Positions 20,874 through 31,876 of a stretch of DNA of 64,000 nt are shown piece by piece. The notes below the pieces were generated by a model. The model made no database searches. It had not been told where the DNA came from and worked only from the letters and a program-made list of their open reading frames with translations. The DNA comes from Sphingomonadales bacterium (GTDB lineage Bacteria > Pseudomonadota > Alphaproteobacteria > Sphingomonadales > Sphingomonadaceae). The position numbers were made by a program, and so were the translations under genes. The stretch spans positions 104,674-168,673 of the forward strand of contig JAYVBJ010000043.1 of NCBI GenBank assembly GCA_043750535.1, written 5' to 3'. The first letter of the stretch is position 1. Each line of letters begins with the position of its first letter.

Positions 20874-22115
20874 CTACCCCGCCGCACTTTCAGCCAAAAT
20901 TTCTTTCAGCGTCTTTGATGTGTCTGCCAAAATTTCGGGATCAACTGCTACCGCCCCCAGTACAAGCGCCCGTCCTTGCGCATAATCCTTTGTCGAATTG
21001 ACGCAATCGAGCGCGATCACTTTACCCGCCTTTAGGTAAATGACGGAAAAGCTGCGCGTGGTCATATCGCCGCGAACAACAGTCGCGTCATAATCAACCG
21101 ATAACCCTATGGTTTGCAGTCTTAAGTCATATTGGTTTGACCAGAACCACGGGACCGATTGATAAACCGTCAATTCACCCATGATCGTTTTGACAACTGC
21201 CGATGCCATGTCATTGGCGTTCTGGACCGATTCAACGCGCATGATTTGGCCGCCGGCAAAGCTATTCACATGCGCGGCGCAATCACCAATGGCAAATATA
21301 TCGGGCAATGACGTGCGGCAATATTCATCGACATCAATGCCATTGCCGCTTGGCGCACCCGCCGCCACCAATGGCGCTACTGCTGGAATAATTCCAATGC
21401 CGACAATCACCATTTGCGCCGCGACAATTTCGCCATCATCCAAACGGACCCCGGTTACGCGGCCATTTTCACCCGTGATCGACTCGACGTTGACTCCCGT
21501 GCGCAGATCGACGCCGTGCGATCTATGTTCGGCCGCGTAGAATTGCGATAAATCTTTCCCGGCAACGCGCGCTAGTACCCGGTCTTGCGCCTCCAACAAT
21601 ACGACATTTTTTCCAAATTTGCGCAGCACGGCTGCGGCTTCCAGGCCGATATATCCGCCGCCGATAATCACGACTGTCTCGGCTGTGTCCATCTCGGACA
21701 GCATGGCGTCAACGTCGCTCTTGTTGCGCACGACATGGACACCGGCCAGATTTGCGCCATCACACAGAAGCCGCCGAGGGCTGCCGCCCGTTGCCCAGAT
21801 CAAATGGGTATAGCCGATTGTTAAACCTGTATTTGTGTGAACGGATTTTGCTTTTGCATCCAAGGTATCAACGCGCTGCCCCAGCAACATTTCGACACTG
21901 CGTTCTGCCCAGAACGCGGCCGGGCGGATCATAATACGCTCGAAAACCTTTTCGCCGGAGAAATATTCCTTCGACAATGGTGGCCGCTCATAAGGAAACT
22001 CGTTTTCATCGGTAACAATTGCAATGCTGCCTGCAAACTTTGCCTGCCGCAAGGCAATGGCCGCCTGCGCGCCGCCGTGGCCGCCGCCAACAATCAACAC
22101 ATCAAAATTGGCCAC
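20874..22115 (-). CDS. NAD(P)H:ferredoxin reductase (putidaredoxin-reductase type)
   Basis: [40 protein letters not shown]. Confidence 0.94.
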   Translation of the reverse strand: MANFDVLIVGGGHGGAQAAIALRQAKFAGSIAIVTDENEFPYERPPLSKEYFSGEKVFERIMIRPAAFWAERSVEMLLGQRVDTLDAKAKSVHTNTGLTIGYTHLIWATGGSPRRLLCDGANLAGVHVVRNKSDVDAMLSEMDTAETVVIIGGGYIGLEAAAVLRKFGKNVVLLEAQDRVLARVAGKDLSQFYAAEHRSHGVDLRTGVNVESITGENGRVTGVRLDDGEIVAAQMVIVGIGIIPAVAPLVAAGAPSGNGIDVDEYCRTSLPDIFAIGDCAAHVNSFAGGQIMRVESVQNANDMASAVVKTIMGELTVYQSVPWFWSNQYDLRLQTIGLSVDYDATVVRGDMTTRSFSVIYLKAGKVIALDCVNSTKDYAQGRALVLGAVAVDPEILADTSKTLKEILAESAAG

Positions 22116-22120
22116 TTGGT

Positions 22121-22651
22121 TTACTCCGGTTGCGGCGGCGAAAGATATCGCCCGTCAACATATACGAGCGAGCTCAAATCGTCGGCAGCATGCGCGTCAA
22201 CAACTTCGCCAATGAAAATACTGTGCGTGCCATGGTCAATGCGTTGTTCCTGACGACAGACAAAATAGGCCGCTGCGTCTGTCAATATTGGCGGACCAAA
22301 TTCGCTTAGCTGCCAATCGCCCTGTCCAAATCGTTCCTCGCCGCGCAAAGCACCTGCACAATTGCGTGCAATATGTTCTTGCTGAGAATGCAGCATGTTG
22401 ATTGCAAAGCTGGTCCCGGCCATCAACGGGGGATGCATTCCCGCCGATCTGTTCACGCATATCAGCATCGTCGGCGGATCAAGGCTAATCTCGCAGACCG
22501 CCGTTGCCGCCATCGCGTATCTTGTCCCTTGATGTTCACAGCTGATCACCATGACCGATTTGGCGAAACGCCTCAGCCCCTGCAACATTGAAGCGACAAC
22601 ATCCAATTTGCCGATTTCATTTTCGCGAGCATCATTTTTCTGATTGGTCAT
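22121..22651 (-). CDS. Flavin reductase family protein (HpaC-like)
   Basis: '[12 protein letters not shown]', 'FAINML', '[10 protein letters not shown]', 'LVYVDGRY'. Confidence 0.9.
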   Translation of the reverse strand: MTNQKNDARENEIGKLDVVASMLQGLRRFAKSVMVISCEHQGTRYAMAATAVCEISLDPPTMLICVNRSAGMHPPLMAGTSFAINMLHSQQEHIARNCAGALRGEERFGQGDWQLSEFGPPILTDAAAYFVCRQEQRIDHGTHSIFIGEVVDAHAADDLSSLVYVDGRYLSPPQPE

Positions 22652-22741
22652 ATTCTCTAGCGATTAGTCAAATCACGCCGCGCTTACCAGCATAGAATTT
22701 TTTAGGGCGTGACAGTGCATGCTTGCCGCAGCAATTGAATA

Positions 22742-23509
22742 GTGCCAAAAAACCGTATGAAAACACGTCCCGTCCTTGGTGTCATTGCCTGTAATAGAGA
22801 TTTCCCGACGGGCGACGGGACAAACGAACCTTCGCAAGCGGTTATGGACCGCTACATTATTGCGGCGATGCGCTACGCCAATGTTGCGGCGTTGATCATT
22901 CCATCGCTGCCCGATTTGATGAGCGCAGCCGAAGTAGCGCCCCGGCTTGACGGAATTTTGCTCACCGGCAGCCCGTCAAATGTGACGCCCGCCCGTTATG
23001 GTGACGCAACAGGCGACGGCCCGTTCGATGAACAACGCGACGAAATTGCCATCGGCATGGTCAAACAAATGATCGATTTGCAAAAACCGGTCTTTGGTAT
23101 TTGCCGGGGATTTCAAGAAATCAACGTCGCATTGGGCGGAACGCTGCGCCGTGATACATCAGACAGCACAGAGTTGCTGCGTCACCATGCCCCGGACGAG
23201 GTTGATTTTGACGGCATGTTTGATCACCGTCACCCCGTTGCGCTCAGCCAAGATGGACTGTTGGCCGCCGCATACGCAAAGTCAGAACTGGATGTGAATT
23301 CTGTTCATTTTCAAGGAATCGGCAACCTTGCCGCAGGCTTGACAATCGAAGCAACCGCTCCCGATGGTTTGGTTGAAGCATATTCAGCAAGGCCAAATGG
23401 CGCACCGTTGCTTGCCGTGCAATGGCATCCCGAATGGAACACAGAAAACAACCCCGATAGCCAGATCTATTTCCACATGCTCGGAAAGGCGCTAAGAGGG
23501 GAATTATGA
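22742..23509 (+). CDS. Gamma-glutamyl-gamma-aminobutyrate hydrolase family (peptidase C26, PuuD/SpuA-like)
   Basis: GICRGFQE nucleophile, VNSVHFQ, QWHPE; start may be ATG 22757. Confidence 0.9.
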   Translation: MPKNRMKTRPVLGVIACNRDFPTGDGTNEPSQAVMDRYIIAAMRYANVAALIIPSLPDLMSAAEVAPRLDGILLTGSPSNVTPARYGDATGDGPFDEQRDEIAIGMVKQMIDLQKPVFGICRGFQEINVALGGTLRRDTSDSTELLRHHAPDEVDFDGMFDHRHPVALSQDGLLAAAYAKSELDVNSVHFQGIGNLAAGLTIEATAPDGLVEAYSARPNGAPLLAVQWHPEWNTENNPDSQIYFHMLGKALRGEL

Positions 23510-23682
23510 ACAGTCAGATCACCCGATATAACCGCTACCAAGCGAGGATTGGCTTTTCGCCATAGAGTCTTTTTTGATCGTGCAGAGTTCGCTGGGACGC
23601 GCAGAGTTTCTTTTTCCGCGACCCAAAACTCTGCGTCACTTTGCGCCTTCCGCGCGAACCTGTTTAAAAAAGGATTATTATT

Positions 23683-25077
23683 ATGCCACGCAATTATGAC
23701 ATCGCCGAACTGAAACGCCTCGACATCGCGCACCATCTTCCAGCGCAGGCCGACTGGCAAGAAATCGAAGACTTGGGCGGCAGCCGGATCATCACCCATG
23801 CCAATGGCTGTTACATCCACGATGGTGACGGCAACCGCATTCTTGATGGCATGGCAGGGCTATGGTGCGTCAACGTCGGCTATGGCCGCGATGAGCTCGC
23901 CGATGTAGCGGCGGAGCAGATGAAAGAGCTGCCGTATTACAATAGTTTTTTCAAGACTGCCAATCCACCGGCAATCATGCTCGCCGACAAAATTGCGCGC
24001 TTAACCGGCGGAAAGCTGCCGCATGTGTTTTACAACAGTTCCGGTTCAGAGGCGAATGACACGATACTGCGATTGGTACGCCATTATTGGCAGGTAAAGG
24101 GCGAACATAAACGGACCGTATTCATCAGCCGCCATAACGCCTATCATGGCTCCACTGTCGCCGGGGTATCAATGGGCGGCATGAAGTCGATGCATGGCCA
24201 AGGCATGCCTGCGCCCGGCGTGTTGCCGATGCAAGGCATCGAACATGTCCGCCAGCCATATTATTATGGCGAAGGCCGCGACATGAGCGTCGAAGATTTT
24301 GGCACGGCATGCGCGCAGGCCATCGAAGACAAGATCATCGAAATAGGTCCGGAAAATGTCGCCGCGTTTATCGGTGAGCCTGTTCAGGGTGCGGGCGGCG
24401 TTATCATACCGCCAGCCAATTATTGGCCGCAAGTGGAGGCAATCTGCCGCAAATACGGGATATTGCTGGTCGCCGATGAAGTCATCTGCGGTTTTGGCCG
24501 CACCGGGCAATGGTTTGGTCATCAAACTTTTGGCTTTCAACCGGATATTATCGCAATGGCAAAGGGACTTTCGTCCGGGTATCTGCCGATTTCAGCGGTC
24601 GCGGTTTCCGCCGACATTGTTGCAACGATGAAAACGGGCGGCGATTTCGTCCATGGCTATACTTATTCGGGACATCCTGTTGCTGCCGCAGTCGCGCTTC
24701 GCAATATCGAAATCATGGAACGCGAAAATCTGGTCCAGCGCACGCGCGAGGAAACAGGGCCCTATTTAGCCAAGGCGCTGGCAAAGATCAGCGACCACCC
24801 GCTGGTTGGTGAAGCCAGATCAATTGGCCTGATCGGGGCGATCGAGATTGTCGCCGACAAGACCACCGGAGCCCGGTTTGGCGGAAAAGAAGGAACCGCC
24901 GGGCCAATAGTTAGGGATTTGTGCATTGCAAACGGGCTGATGGTGCGCGGAATTCGCGATAGCATTGTGATGTGTCCGCCGCTGATTATTTCAACCGCGC
25001 AGATTGATGATATGATAAATATTATACTGAAATCATTGAATAGCGCAGAACCGAAACTGCGTGCGTTTACAATCTAA
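23683..25077 (+). CDS. Class III aminotransferase, SpuC-like polyamine:pyruvate transaminase
   Basis: DGMAGLWCVNVGYG, EPVQGAGG, DEVICGFGRTG, AKGLSSGYLP, HGYTYSGHP. Confidence 0.88.
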   Translation: MPRNYDIAELKRLDIAHHLPAQADWQEIEDLGGSRIITHANGCYIHDGDGNRILDGMAGLWCVNVGYGRDELADVAAEQMKELPYYNSFFKTANPPAIMLADKIARLTGGKLPHVFYNSSGSEANDTILRLVRHYWQVKGEHKRTVFISRHNAYHGSTVAGVSMGGMKSMHGQGMPAPGVLPMQGIEHVRQPYYYGEGRDMSVEDFGTACAQAIEDKIIEIGPENVAAFIGEPVQGAGGVIIPPANYWPQVEAICRKYGILLVADEVICGFGRTGQWFGHQTFGFQPDIIAMAKGLSSGYLPISAVAVSADIVATMKTGGDFVHGYTYSGHPVAAAVALRNIEIMERENLVQRTREETGPYLAKALAKISDHPLVGEARSIGLIGAIEIVADKTTGARFGGKEGTAGPIVRDLCIANGLMVRGIRDSIVMCPPLIISTAQIDDMINIILKSLNSAEPKLRAFTI

Positions 25078-25086
25078 GGACAATAA

Positions 25087-26028
25087 ATGGCATCGGGTCT
25101 ACTGGCATTACTTGACGATATTGCCGCCATTGCCAAAGTGGCAGCGGCGTCAGTTGACGATGTTGCATTAGCCGCAGGAAAGGCGAGTACCAAGGCGGCG
25201 GGCGTCGTGATCGACGACACCGCCGTTACTCCGCAATATGTTACTGGATTCACGCCCGACCGTGAATTGCCGATCATCTGGCGAATTACCAAAGGCAGTT
25301 TCAAGAACAAGCTGCTCTTCATCTTGCCAGCAGCGTTGCTGCTCAGCTATTTTGCACCATGGGCGGTGACCCCGATATTGATGGTGGGCGGCGCGTATCT
25401 GTGTTTTGAAGGTGCTGAAAAGGTTCTGCACAGGATATTTCACGGTGCAGAAGATGATGACGACACGCCCGCCGAAATAGTTAGCGAATTGTCGTCCAAG
25501 GATCATGAAGCAGCAATGGTTTCGGGCGCAATCCGCACCGATTTCATCCTGTCTGCTGAAATCATGGTAATTTCGCTCAAGGAGATTCTAAAGGAACCGG
25601 GATATAGTGACTCGGTTTGGATGCAGACGTCCAGCCTGGCGGTGGTCGCGATTGCGATAACGATTGCTGTCTATGGCTTTGTCGGCTTGATCGTCAAAAT
25701 GGACGATGTCGGGTTGCACATGGCACAGCGCAATAATGGCCCGACGCGCGCGATTGGTCGAGGGCTTGTTACCGGCATGCCCAAATTGCTGACATTCCTA
25801 TCGGTTGTCGGCACCGCTGCCATGCTGTGGGTTGGCGGCCAGATTATCATTCACGGATTGCATATCCATCCAGCAGAATATTTCGGTTTGCACACCGGGG
25901 CACTCGCATGGTTAGTTGACGCCGCCATTTGCGGAATTTTCGGCCTGATTTTGGGAAGCATAATTGCCGGGATCATGCATGTGGTGACGGGCATTCGCAA
26001 AGAGGATGAGGTTACCGAAGGGATTTAG
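25087..26028 (+). CDS. DUF808 (YedI) membrane protein
   Basis: MASGLLALLDDIA, GAIRTDFILSAEIM, VKMDDVG. Confidence 0.92.
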   Translation: MASGLLALLDDIAAIAKVAAASVDDVALAAGKASTKAAGVVIDDTAVTPQYVTGFTPDRELPIIWRITKGSFKNKLLFILPAALLLSYFAPWAVTPILMVGGAYLCFEGAEKVLHRIFHGAEDDDDTPAEIVSELSSKDHEAAMVSGAIRTDFILSAEIMVISLKEILKEPGYSDSVWMQTSSLAVVAIAITIAVYGFVGLIVKMDDVGLHMAQRNNGPTRAIGRGLVTGMPKLLTFLSVVGTAAMLWVGGQIIIHGLHIHPAEYFGLHTGALAWLVDAAICGIFGLILGSIIAGIMHVVTGIRKEDEVTEGI

Positions 26029-26058
26029 TATTCTTGGCCGAACCAGCCGCATTTTGTC

Positions 26059-26264
26059 GATAGGGCGGTTACCCCTCACCCAGCTTCGCCTAATTCGCTA
26101 TCGCTCATAAGTCTTCTCAACCCTCTCCCTCAAGGGGAGAGGAGAGGTTAAGAATTATCCGCTCCTTTTAAAGTCTAAGCTCCCTCTCCCCTTGAGGGAG
26201 AGGGTTGTGCAGAGTTGGCAGCTTGCTGCTTACTCGAAGCTGGGTGAGGGGTAACCGCCTTATC
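26059..26264. repeat. ~206-bp composite palindromic element (MITE/RPE-like) between convergent genes
   Basis: Outer IR gatagggcggttacccctcacccagcttcg / cgaagctgggtgaggggtaaccgccttatc; inner ccctctccc..gggagagg hairpins. Confidence 0.85.
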
Positions 26265-26341
26265 GGCGCAAAGAAAAATCTCGATACCTAGCATCTCAGC
26301 GTAAAAAAATCAGAGCCATCAAAGCCCTACTCTAAACACCC

Positions 26342-27472
26342 CTAAGCCAACAGCACCACTGGGCTGGCGCTGGTCCAATGCATGCTGACCTTGTCATCCC
26401 AAGTAAAGTCATGCTGATCGGTTCGCGATAGATTGCCGCGGCGGACCCGCACCATCCGGCCGCTCTCCAATTCGATCTCGAACAAGGTGCTGTCGCCAAG
26501 ATAGCTCATGCCCTTGATCACGCCGCGCGCAAGATTATGGCCTTCGGGGGCATCTTTGGCGGCGGCTTTTACCGCATCGCCTTTGCCCGGAACATGCAGC
26601 AGCATTTTTTCTGGACGGATCGCTACCCAAACCTGCGATTCATGCGCGCCGGTTACGCCGTGATCCATGTAAATTTTGCCAACGTCCGGACAATCGACAA
26701 CCGCCCTGTCCTTTTCATCAACGGTCAGTTTTCCTTCAAAGATATTCACCGAACCCACGAAATCGGCGACAAAGCGGTTGGCTGGATATTCATAGAGATC
26801 GGATGGCGACGCCAATTGCGACACATCGCCCTTGTTGATAACCGCAACCCGGCTGGCCATCGAAAGTGCTTCGTCCTGATCATGCGTGACCGTCACAAAT
26901 GTGATGCCAACTTTATCCTGCAAGTCCGCCAGTTCAAACTGCATCTGCGCGCGCAATTTGGCATCAAGTGCGGACAATGGTTCATCCAGCAACAATACTT
27001 TCGGCCGCATCACCAGGCTGCGCGCGAGCGCGACACGTTGCCGTTGCCCGCCTGACATTTGGTCCGGCATCCGGTCACCAAAGCCGCCGAGCTTGACCAG
27101 TTCCAACGACTCTTCCACCCGCGATTTGATATCTGCGCGGGACACACCGGCAATTTTCAATCCGTATCCGACATTATCGGTGACATTCAGATGCGGGAAC
27201 ACCGCATAGCTTTGGAACACCATATTGACCGGGCGCTTGTTGGGCGGAATTCCGGCCATATCCTGACCATCGATTAATATCTGCCCCTCGGTCGGCAATT
27301 CAAAGCCAGCGATCATCCGCAGCAAAGTCGTTTTTCCGCAACCCGACGGGCCGAGCAATACGAAAAACTCGCCTGCCATAATGTCCAACGAAACATCGTC
27401 AACCGCAACCATCTTGCCAAAGCGTTTGGTGACGTTGCGAATTTGAATGATCGGTTTGGGGGCTTCGGTCAT
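26342..27472 (-). CDS. Polyamine ABC transporter ATPase (PotA/PotG)
   Basis: GPSGCGKT, MSGGQRQ, LLLDEP, C-terminal TOBE domain. Confidence 0.93.
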   Translation of the reverse strand: MTEAPKPIIQIRNVTKRFGKMVAVDDVSLDIMAGEFFVLLGPSGCGKTTLLRMIAGFELPTEGQILIDGQDMAGIPPNKRPVNMVFQSYAVFPHLNVTDNVGYGLKIAGVSRADIKSRVEESLELVKLGGFGDRMPDQMSGGQRQRVALARSLVMRPKVLLLDEPLSALDAKLRAQMQFELADLQDKVGITFVTVTHDQDEALSMASRVAVINKGDVSQLASPSDLYEYPANRFVADFVGSVNIFEGKLTVDEKDRAVVDCPDVGKIYMDHGVTGAHESQVWVAIRPEKMLLHVPGKGDAVKAAAKDAPEGHNLARGVIKGMSYLGDSTLFEIELESGRMVRVRRGNLSRTDQHDFTWDDKVSMHWTSASPVVLLA

Positions 27473-27475
27473 GGC

Positions 27476-28318
27476 TTAATGGCTTTCGGCAATAGATTTT
27501 GCGCCTTGAATTTTGAGCGCGGCGGCGGTCAAAATCACGGTCAGTAATATCAGCATCGTCGACGCGGCGTTGACCTCCGGCGTGACTGAAAATCTCAACA
27601 TCGAATATACTTTGACGGGGAATGTCACGGTATTGGGACCGCTGGTAAAGAAGGTAATTACGAAATCATCCAAGCTTAATGTGAACGCAAGCAGCGCGCC
27701 CGCAATCAACCCCGGTTTCATGTGCGGCAGCAATACATCGCGAAATGCTTGCCATTCGCTTGCCCCCAAATCCTTGGCCGCCTCCTCTTCTTCCTTGTTG
27801 AAACTTGCCAGGCGCGAACGCACGACCATCGCCACAAACGGGAAGCAGAAAGTGATATGTGCAATAATGATCGAGCTTAAATTCATCGGCCAAACCAGAT
27901 CGGTCGGCCATTCCATCCGCGCAAAGAAGATTAGCATGGCAACACCCAAGCAAATTTCCGGCACGACGATTGGCATCGTCATTGTGCCTTCAGTCGCTGA
28001 TTTAAACGGAAAGTTGAAGCGCCAAAGCATGATTGCCGCCATTGCCCCCAGCACCAAGCTGAAAATGGTCGCAAAAAAGGCAATGGTGAGTGAGTTGATC
28101 AGCGCCTCCATCAACGCCGCGTTTTCGAACAGCTTGCCATAATATTTCGTGGTAAAACCGCGCCACACAATGTTGGCCTTGCTGTCGTTAAAGCTAAACA
28201 CCATCAGCAAAACCAGCGGCGCGTACAAAAAAAACAAAATCGCCCCGACCCAGCTGCGCATCCAAAGTTTTCTTGTATATTCAAGTGGCGCAATCTGCCG
28301 CCGCGCAAATAAACTCAC
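27476..28318 (-). CDS. Polyamine ABC transporter permease (PotC/PotI)
   Basis: FSFNDS, EEAAKDLGA, SLDDFVIT; GTG start overlaps the upstream stop. Confidence 0.92.
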   Translation of the reverse strand: MSLFARRQIAPLEYTRKLWMRSWVGAILFFLYAPLVLLMVFSFNDSKANIVWRGFTTKYYGKLFENAALMEALINSLTIAFFATIFSLVLGAMAAIMLWRFNFPFKSATEGTMTMPIVVPEICLGVAMLIFFARMEWPTDLVWPMNLSSIIIAHITFCFPFVAMVVRSRLASFNKEEEEAAKDLGASEWQAFRDVLLPHMKPGLIAGALLAFTLSLDDFVITFFTSGPNTVTFPVKVYSMLRFSVTPEVNAASTMLILLTVILTAAALKIQGAKSIAESH

Positions 28319-29226
28319 GATACACCTGCTTTCTTTGGCATCCATCCGCGCAGCAACAATGCGATCAGCAGCAAATACATCGGTATCAACGAAAGTGCCG
28401 CGCCAAATGGCCAGTCATTCGCCCGCTTAAACTGACGCTCGATAACATTGGCGATCATCTGGCTGTCGGTGCCCCCCATCAAATCCGGCGTCAGATAAGC
28501 GCCCAATGCGGGAATGAAAGTAATCGCGACGCCCGATATAATGCCGGGCGCGGCCAACGGAGCAACAATCCGCAACATCGTGCGCAACTGGCTCGCGCCC
28601 AGATCGAGGCTGGCCTCAATCAGCGATTTATCGAGCCGATCAAGCGCCGAATAAAGCGGCAGCACCATGAACGGCAGATGGACATATACCAGCCCCAAAA
28701 TGACTGCGAAATTGTTATACAACAGCTGAAACGGTTCCCAGTCGCCCAGCGGCTGCAGCCCAACCAACGTCTTTAGCCAACTCGCGCCATCCCACAATCC
28801 GCCCATCGCCTGATTGGCAAAGCCCTGCGTTCGAAGCAGCGCGATCAGAGCATAGGTGCGGATCAACAGGTTAGTCCAAAACGGTAACATGATCGCCAAC
28901 AGCAACCATGGCCGCCACTTCGGCTGCGCAAATGTTATCGCCAACGCAACGGGGAAACCCAGGATCAGGCAGATCAAAGTCGTTAACGCCGCCACCGCCG
29001 CCGATTTGGCAAAGATGCCAAGATATAGCGGCTCAATTGCCCGGCCATAATTCTTGAACGTCGTCCACTGATCGATCGTAATCGGCCCGGTATTCTCGCC
29101 AAAACTATACCCCACCATCACCGCCATCGGGACAATGAAGAACAGGATCAGCCAGAATATCGGTGCGGTTGCAATGGCCGCAAATACGCCGCGTGAAGCC
29201 TTCCAATCTTGCACGGGAGCGGCCAT
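28315..29226 (-). CDS. Polyamine ABC transporter permease (PotB/PotH)
   Basis: PFWTNLLIRTYA, EASLDLGA, DWPFGAA. Confidence 0.92.
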   Translation of the reverse strand: MAAPVQDWKASRGVFAAIATAPIFWLILFFIVPMAVMVGYSFGENTGPITIDQWTTFKNYGRAIEPLYLGIFAKSAAVAALTTLICLILGFPVALAITFAQPKWRPWLLLAIMLPFWTNLLIRTYALIALLRTQGFANQAMGGLWDGASWLKTLVGLQPLGDWEPFQLLYNNFAVILGLVYVHLPFMVLPLYSALDRLDKSLIEASLDLGASQLRTMLRIVAPLAAPGIISGVAITFIPALGAYLTPDLMGGTDSQMIANVIERQFKRANDWPFGAALSLIPMYLLLIALLLRGWMPKKAGVS

Positions 29227-29241
29227 TTGCGCCTAGCCTTT

Positions 29242-30348
29242 CTAAGCTGCGTTGACGCGGGTGAACGCTTCTTCATACAGCGGCTGCATATCCGGCCGGT
29301 ATTTTGCATATTCACATTTTGCAATCAAATCAGCGGGCGGAAACACCACTGTATTCGCTTCATATTCCGGACCCATCAATTTCTTTACCGCGGCATTTGG
29401 CGTTGGATATTGAATGGTTTCAGTGATCTTCTTTCCGGCCTCTGCATCCAGCAAATAGTTGATAAACGCATGGGCATTCTTCGGGCGGGGCGCGCCCATT
29501 GGAATGCACATATTATCCGAATTCAGTTGGCTTCCTTCTTTGGGAACTACAAATCCGATATCCGGATCTTCAACCATTTTCTGCGCGATATCGCCATTAT
29601 ATTCCATCACCAGATCGACTTCACCAGACAGCAACAAATCCTGTCCGTCGTCTTCATGATATGCTTTGATAAACGGTTTTTGCTTCAACATCATCGCTTC
29701 GATGGTTTTGATGTCTTCGGCTGTCAGCGCATTGACCGACTTGCCCAGATATTTTCCATAGAGACGGAACAGATCGCCTGCCTCTGACAAAAGCGCAATT
29801 CTGCCTTTATACTGATCGGAATCAAACACATATTTCCAGCTGTCTGGCACTTCTTTCACTTTGGACTTGCGGTAGCCAATGCCCAGCACCAGCCATGTAT
29901 AAGGTGCCGAATATTTACGGCCGGGATCATAATCGACATCCATATATGCAGGGTCGATATTCTTGAGGTTCGGGATTTGCGCCTTGTCCAACTCCATCAA
30001 CATTCCGGCGCTGCCCATCCGTTCAACAAAGTCGTTCGACGGCATGATCAGGTCATATCCCGGATTGCCCGCGCGCAGCTTGGCAAACAGTTCATCATTA
30101 TTTGCGAAAATATCCATTTTCACATCGACCCCAGCCGATGCCTTATAGTCTTGCAGCGTCGTTTCGCCGATATAGGTATCCCAATTGTAGAAACTAAGCT
30201 TCGCCTCTTCGCCATTGGCGCCGATTTTTCCGGCCTGTTTTCCGCATGCCGACAATGCACCGGTCAGGCTAAGTCCGACGGCGGCGATGCCCATGCCTTT
30301 CATCAGCGAACGACGGTCCGCTGATTCAAGAAAGCTCTTGATGTCCAT
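29242..30348 (-). CDS. Polyamine ABC substrate-binding lipoprotein (PotD/PotF), twin-arginine signal
   Basis: RRSLM...LSAC signal; YNWDTYI, GYDLIMPS, PKEGS. Confidence 0.92.
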   Translation of the reverse strand: MDIKSFLESADRRSLMKGMGIAAVGLSLTGALSACGKQAGKIGANGEEAKLSFYNWDTYIGETTLQDYKASAGVDVKMDIFANNDELFAKLRAGNPGYDLIMPSNDFVERMGSAGMLMELDKAQIPNLKNIDPAYMDVDYDPGRKYSAPYTWLVLGIGYRKSKVKEVPDSWKYVFDSDQYKGRIALLSEAGDLFRLYGKYLGKSVNALTAEDIKTIEAMMLKQKPFIKAYHEDDGQDLLLSGEVDLVMEYNGDIAQKMVEDPDIGFVVPKEGSQLNSDNMCIPMGAPRPKNAHAFINYLLDAEAGKKITETIQYPTPNAAVKKLMGPEYEANTVVFPPADLIAKCEYAKYRPDMQPLYEEAFTRVNAA

Positions 30349-30475
30349 AATATTCTCCTTCGACCCTGGGTTGTATCACCCGTTTATTATTTGTATTTTA
30401 TGCTGACTTATTTGGCAGCAGAGTAAAGCATTATTTCACAAAACTGCAAAAAAATAGCTGATTCGAGCGAGAAGA

Positions 30476-31876
30476 TTATGCGTTCCGCAGATACCAATCA
30501 TAGTCGATATTAGGCACATGGCCGAAATAGCGGTCTTGTTCGACTCGCTTGACGATGGTGAACATATCGACAAACCGGTCACCCAAATAATCGCGCATCA
30601 ACGCTGATCCATGAAAGCGGTCGACCGCAGAAAACCAGTTGGATGGTGGCTTATCGTCTTTGCTGCTATCGCGTTCATAACCATTGCCGACCACGGCTGC
30701 GCCGGGATCAATCTTGCCGACAATACCGTGGTGCATTCCCGCCAGCACAGCTGCCACGGCCAGATACGGATTGGCATCGGCCCCGCAAGCACGGTGTTCG
30801 ACATGGCGGCTCTTGGGCGCGCCTGCTGGGATCCGGAACGAAACGGTTCGGTTATTCACGCCCCATGTCGGCGCAACCGGCGCATAGCTGTTGGCTTTGA
30901 AACGGCGAAAGCTGTTGGCGTGCGGCGCGAATATCGCAAAGGCATCACCGACGCTGCCGATCATGCCGCCAATCGCATGGCGCAACATCGGCGTGCCTTC
31001 GGGATCATTGTCAGCAAACAAATTGTTGCCTTCTGCGTCATTCATCGAAACGTGGATATGCATGCCATTGCCCGCTTGATCTTCAAACGGCTTGGCCATG
31101 AACGTTGCCTCCAACCCGTGCGCCTGCGCCACAGCCTTCACAATCCTTTTGTACATAATCGCATCATCGCAGGCGCGCAGCACGTCGGGCTTATAGCGCA
31201 ATGTCAGTTCACATTGGCCGGGGGCGAATTCAGATATGGCGGATTCGAGTGGAATGTCTTGTGCGTCACACGCCGCATATAGTGCGTCGAAAAAGGGACG
31301 GAAATCATCAAGTTCACGCAGGCCGTAAACCTCTACGCCTTTTGGCGCGGTCCGGTTATATTCTGGGCGCGCAGGGCGTATCCGGCCATCGCGTGACCGC
31401 CGCGGATCGAGCAGATAAAACTCCAATTCGACAGCGAGTGCAGGCGTTAGTCCGTCCGCAGCGTAACGGTCGAGAACCAAACCCAGCACGTGGCGCGGAT
31501 CCAGATCGTGCGGCTTTCCATCGAGCTCGTAAAAATCGACAAGGAATTGCCCAGCATTGTCGCCGCCCCACGGTGTTTTCACCAGCGTTCCGGGAATAGG
31601 CTTCATCGAACGATCAGCATCGCCGTCTTCCCATACAAGTCCGGTTTCGACCGTATCCTGTCCAGTGATGTCGACCACAGTGATCGATCCGGGAAAGAAG
31701 CGGCCTTGCGTGTAGACATCCAGTACCTCGTGCTGACGCAGCCGCTTGCCGCGCGGCACCCCGCCAAAATCGGTGTAAATCATCTCGATGGAATCTACGT
31801 CCGGGTTAGCTGCGAAGAACGCTTCCGCTTCGGATTTTGGTGCGACAATAGCCGACGATTTTGCGCGTCTAATCAT
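30476..31876 (-). CDS. Glutamine synthetase family gamma-glutamyl-polyamine ligase (PuuA/PauA-like)
   Basis: ELEFYL, EFAPGQCE, TFMAKP, GMHIH, WGVNNR, DANPYL. Confidence 0.88.
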   Translation of the reverse strand: MIRRAKSSAIVAPKSEAEAFFAANPDVDSIEMIYTDFGGVPRGKRLRQHEVLDVYTQGRFFPGSITVVDITGQDTVETGLVWEDGDADRSMKPIPGTLVKTPWGGDNAGQFLVDFYELDGKPHDLDPRHVLGLVLDRYAADGLTPALAVELEFYLLDPRRSRDGRIRPARPEYNRTAPKGVEVYGLRELDDFRPFFDALYAACDAQDIPLESAISEFAPGQCELTLRYKPDVLRACDDAIMYKRIVKAVAQAHGLEATFMAKPFEDQAGNGMHIHVSMNDAEGNNLFADNDPEGTPMLRHAIGGMIGSVGDAFAIFAPHANSFRRFKANSYAPVAPTWGVNNRTVSFRIPAGAPKSRHVEHRACGADANPYLAVAAVLAGMHHGIVGKIDPGAAVVGNGYERDSSKDDKPPSNWFSAVDRFHGSALMRDYLGDRFVDMFTIVKRVEQDRYFGHVPNIDYDWYLRNA

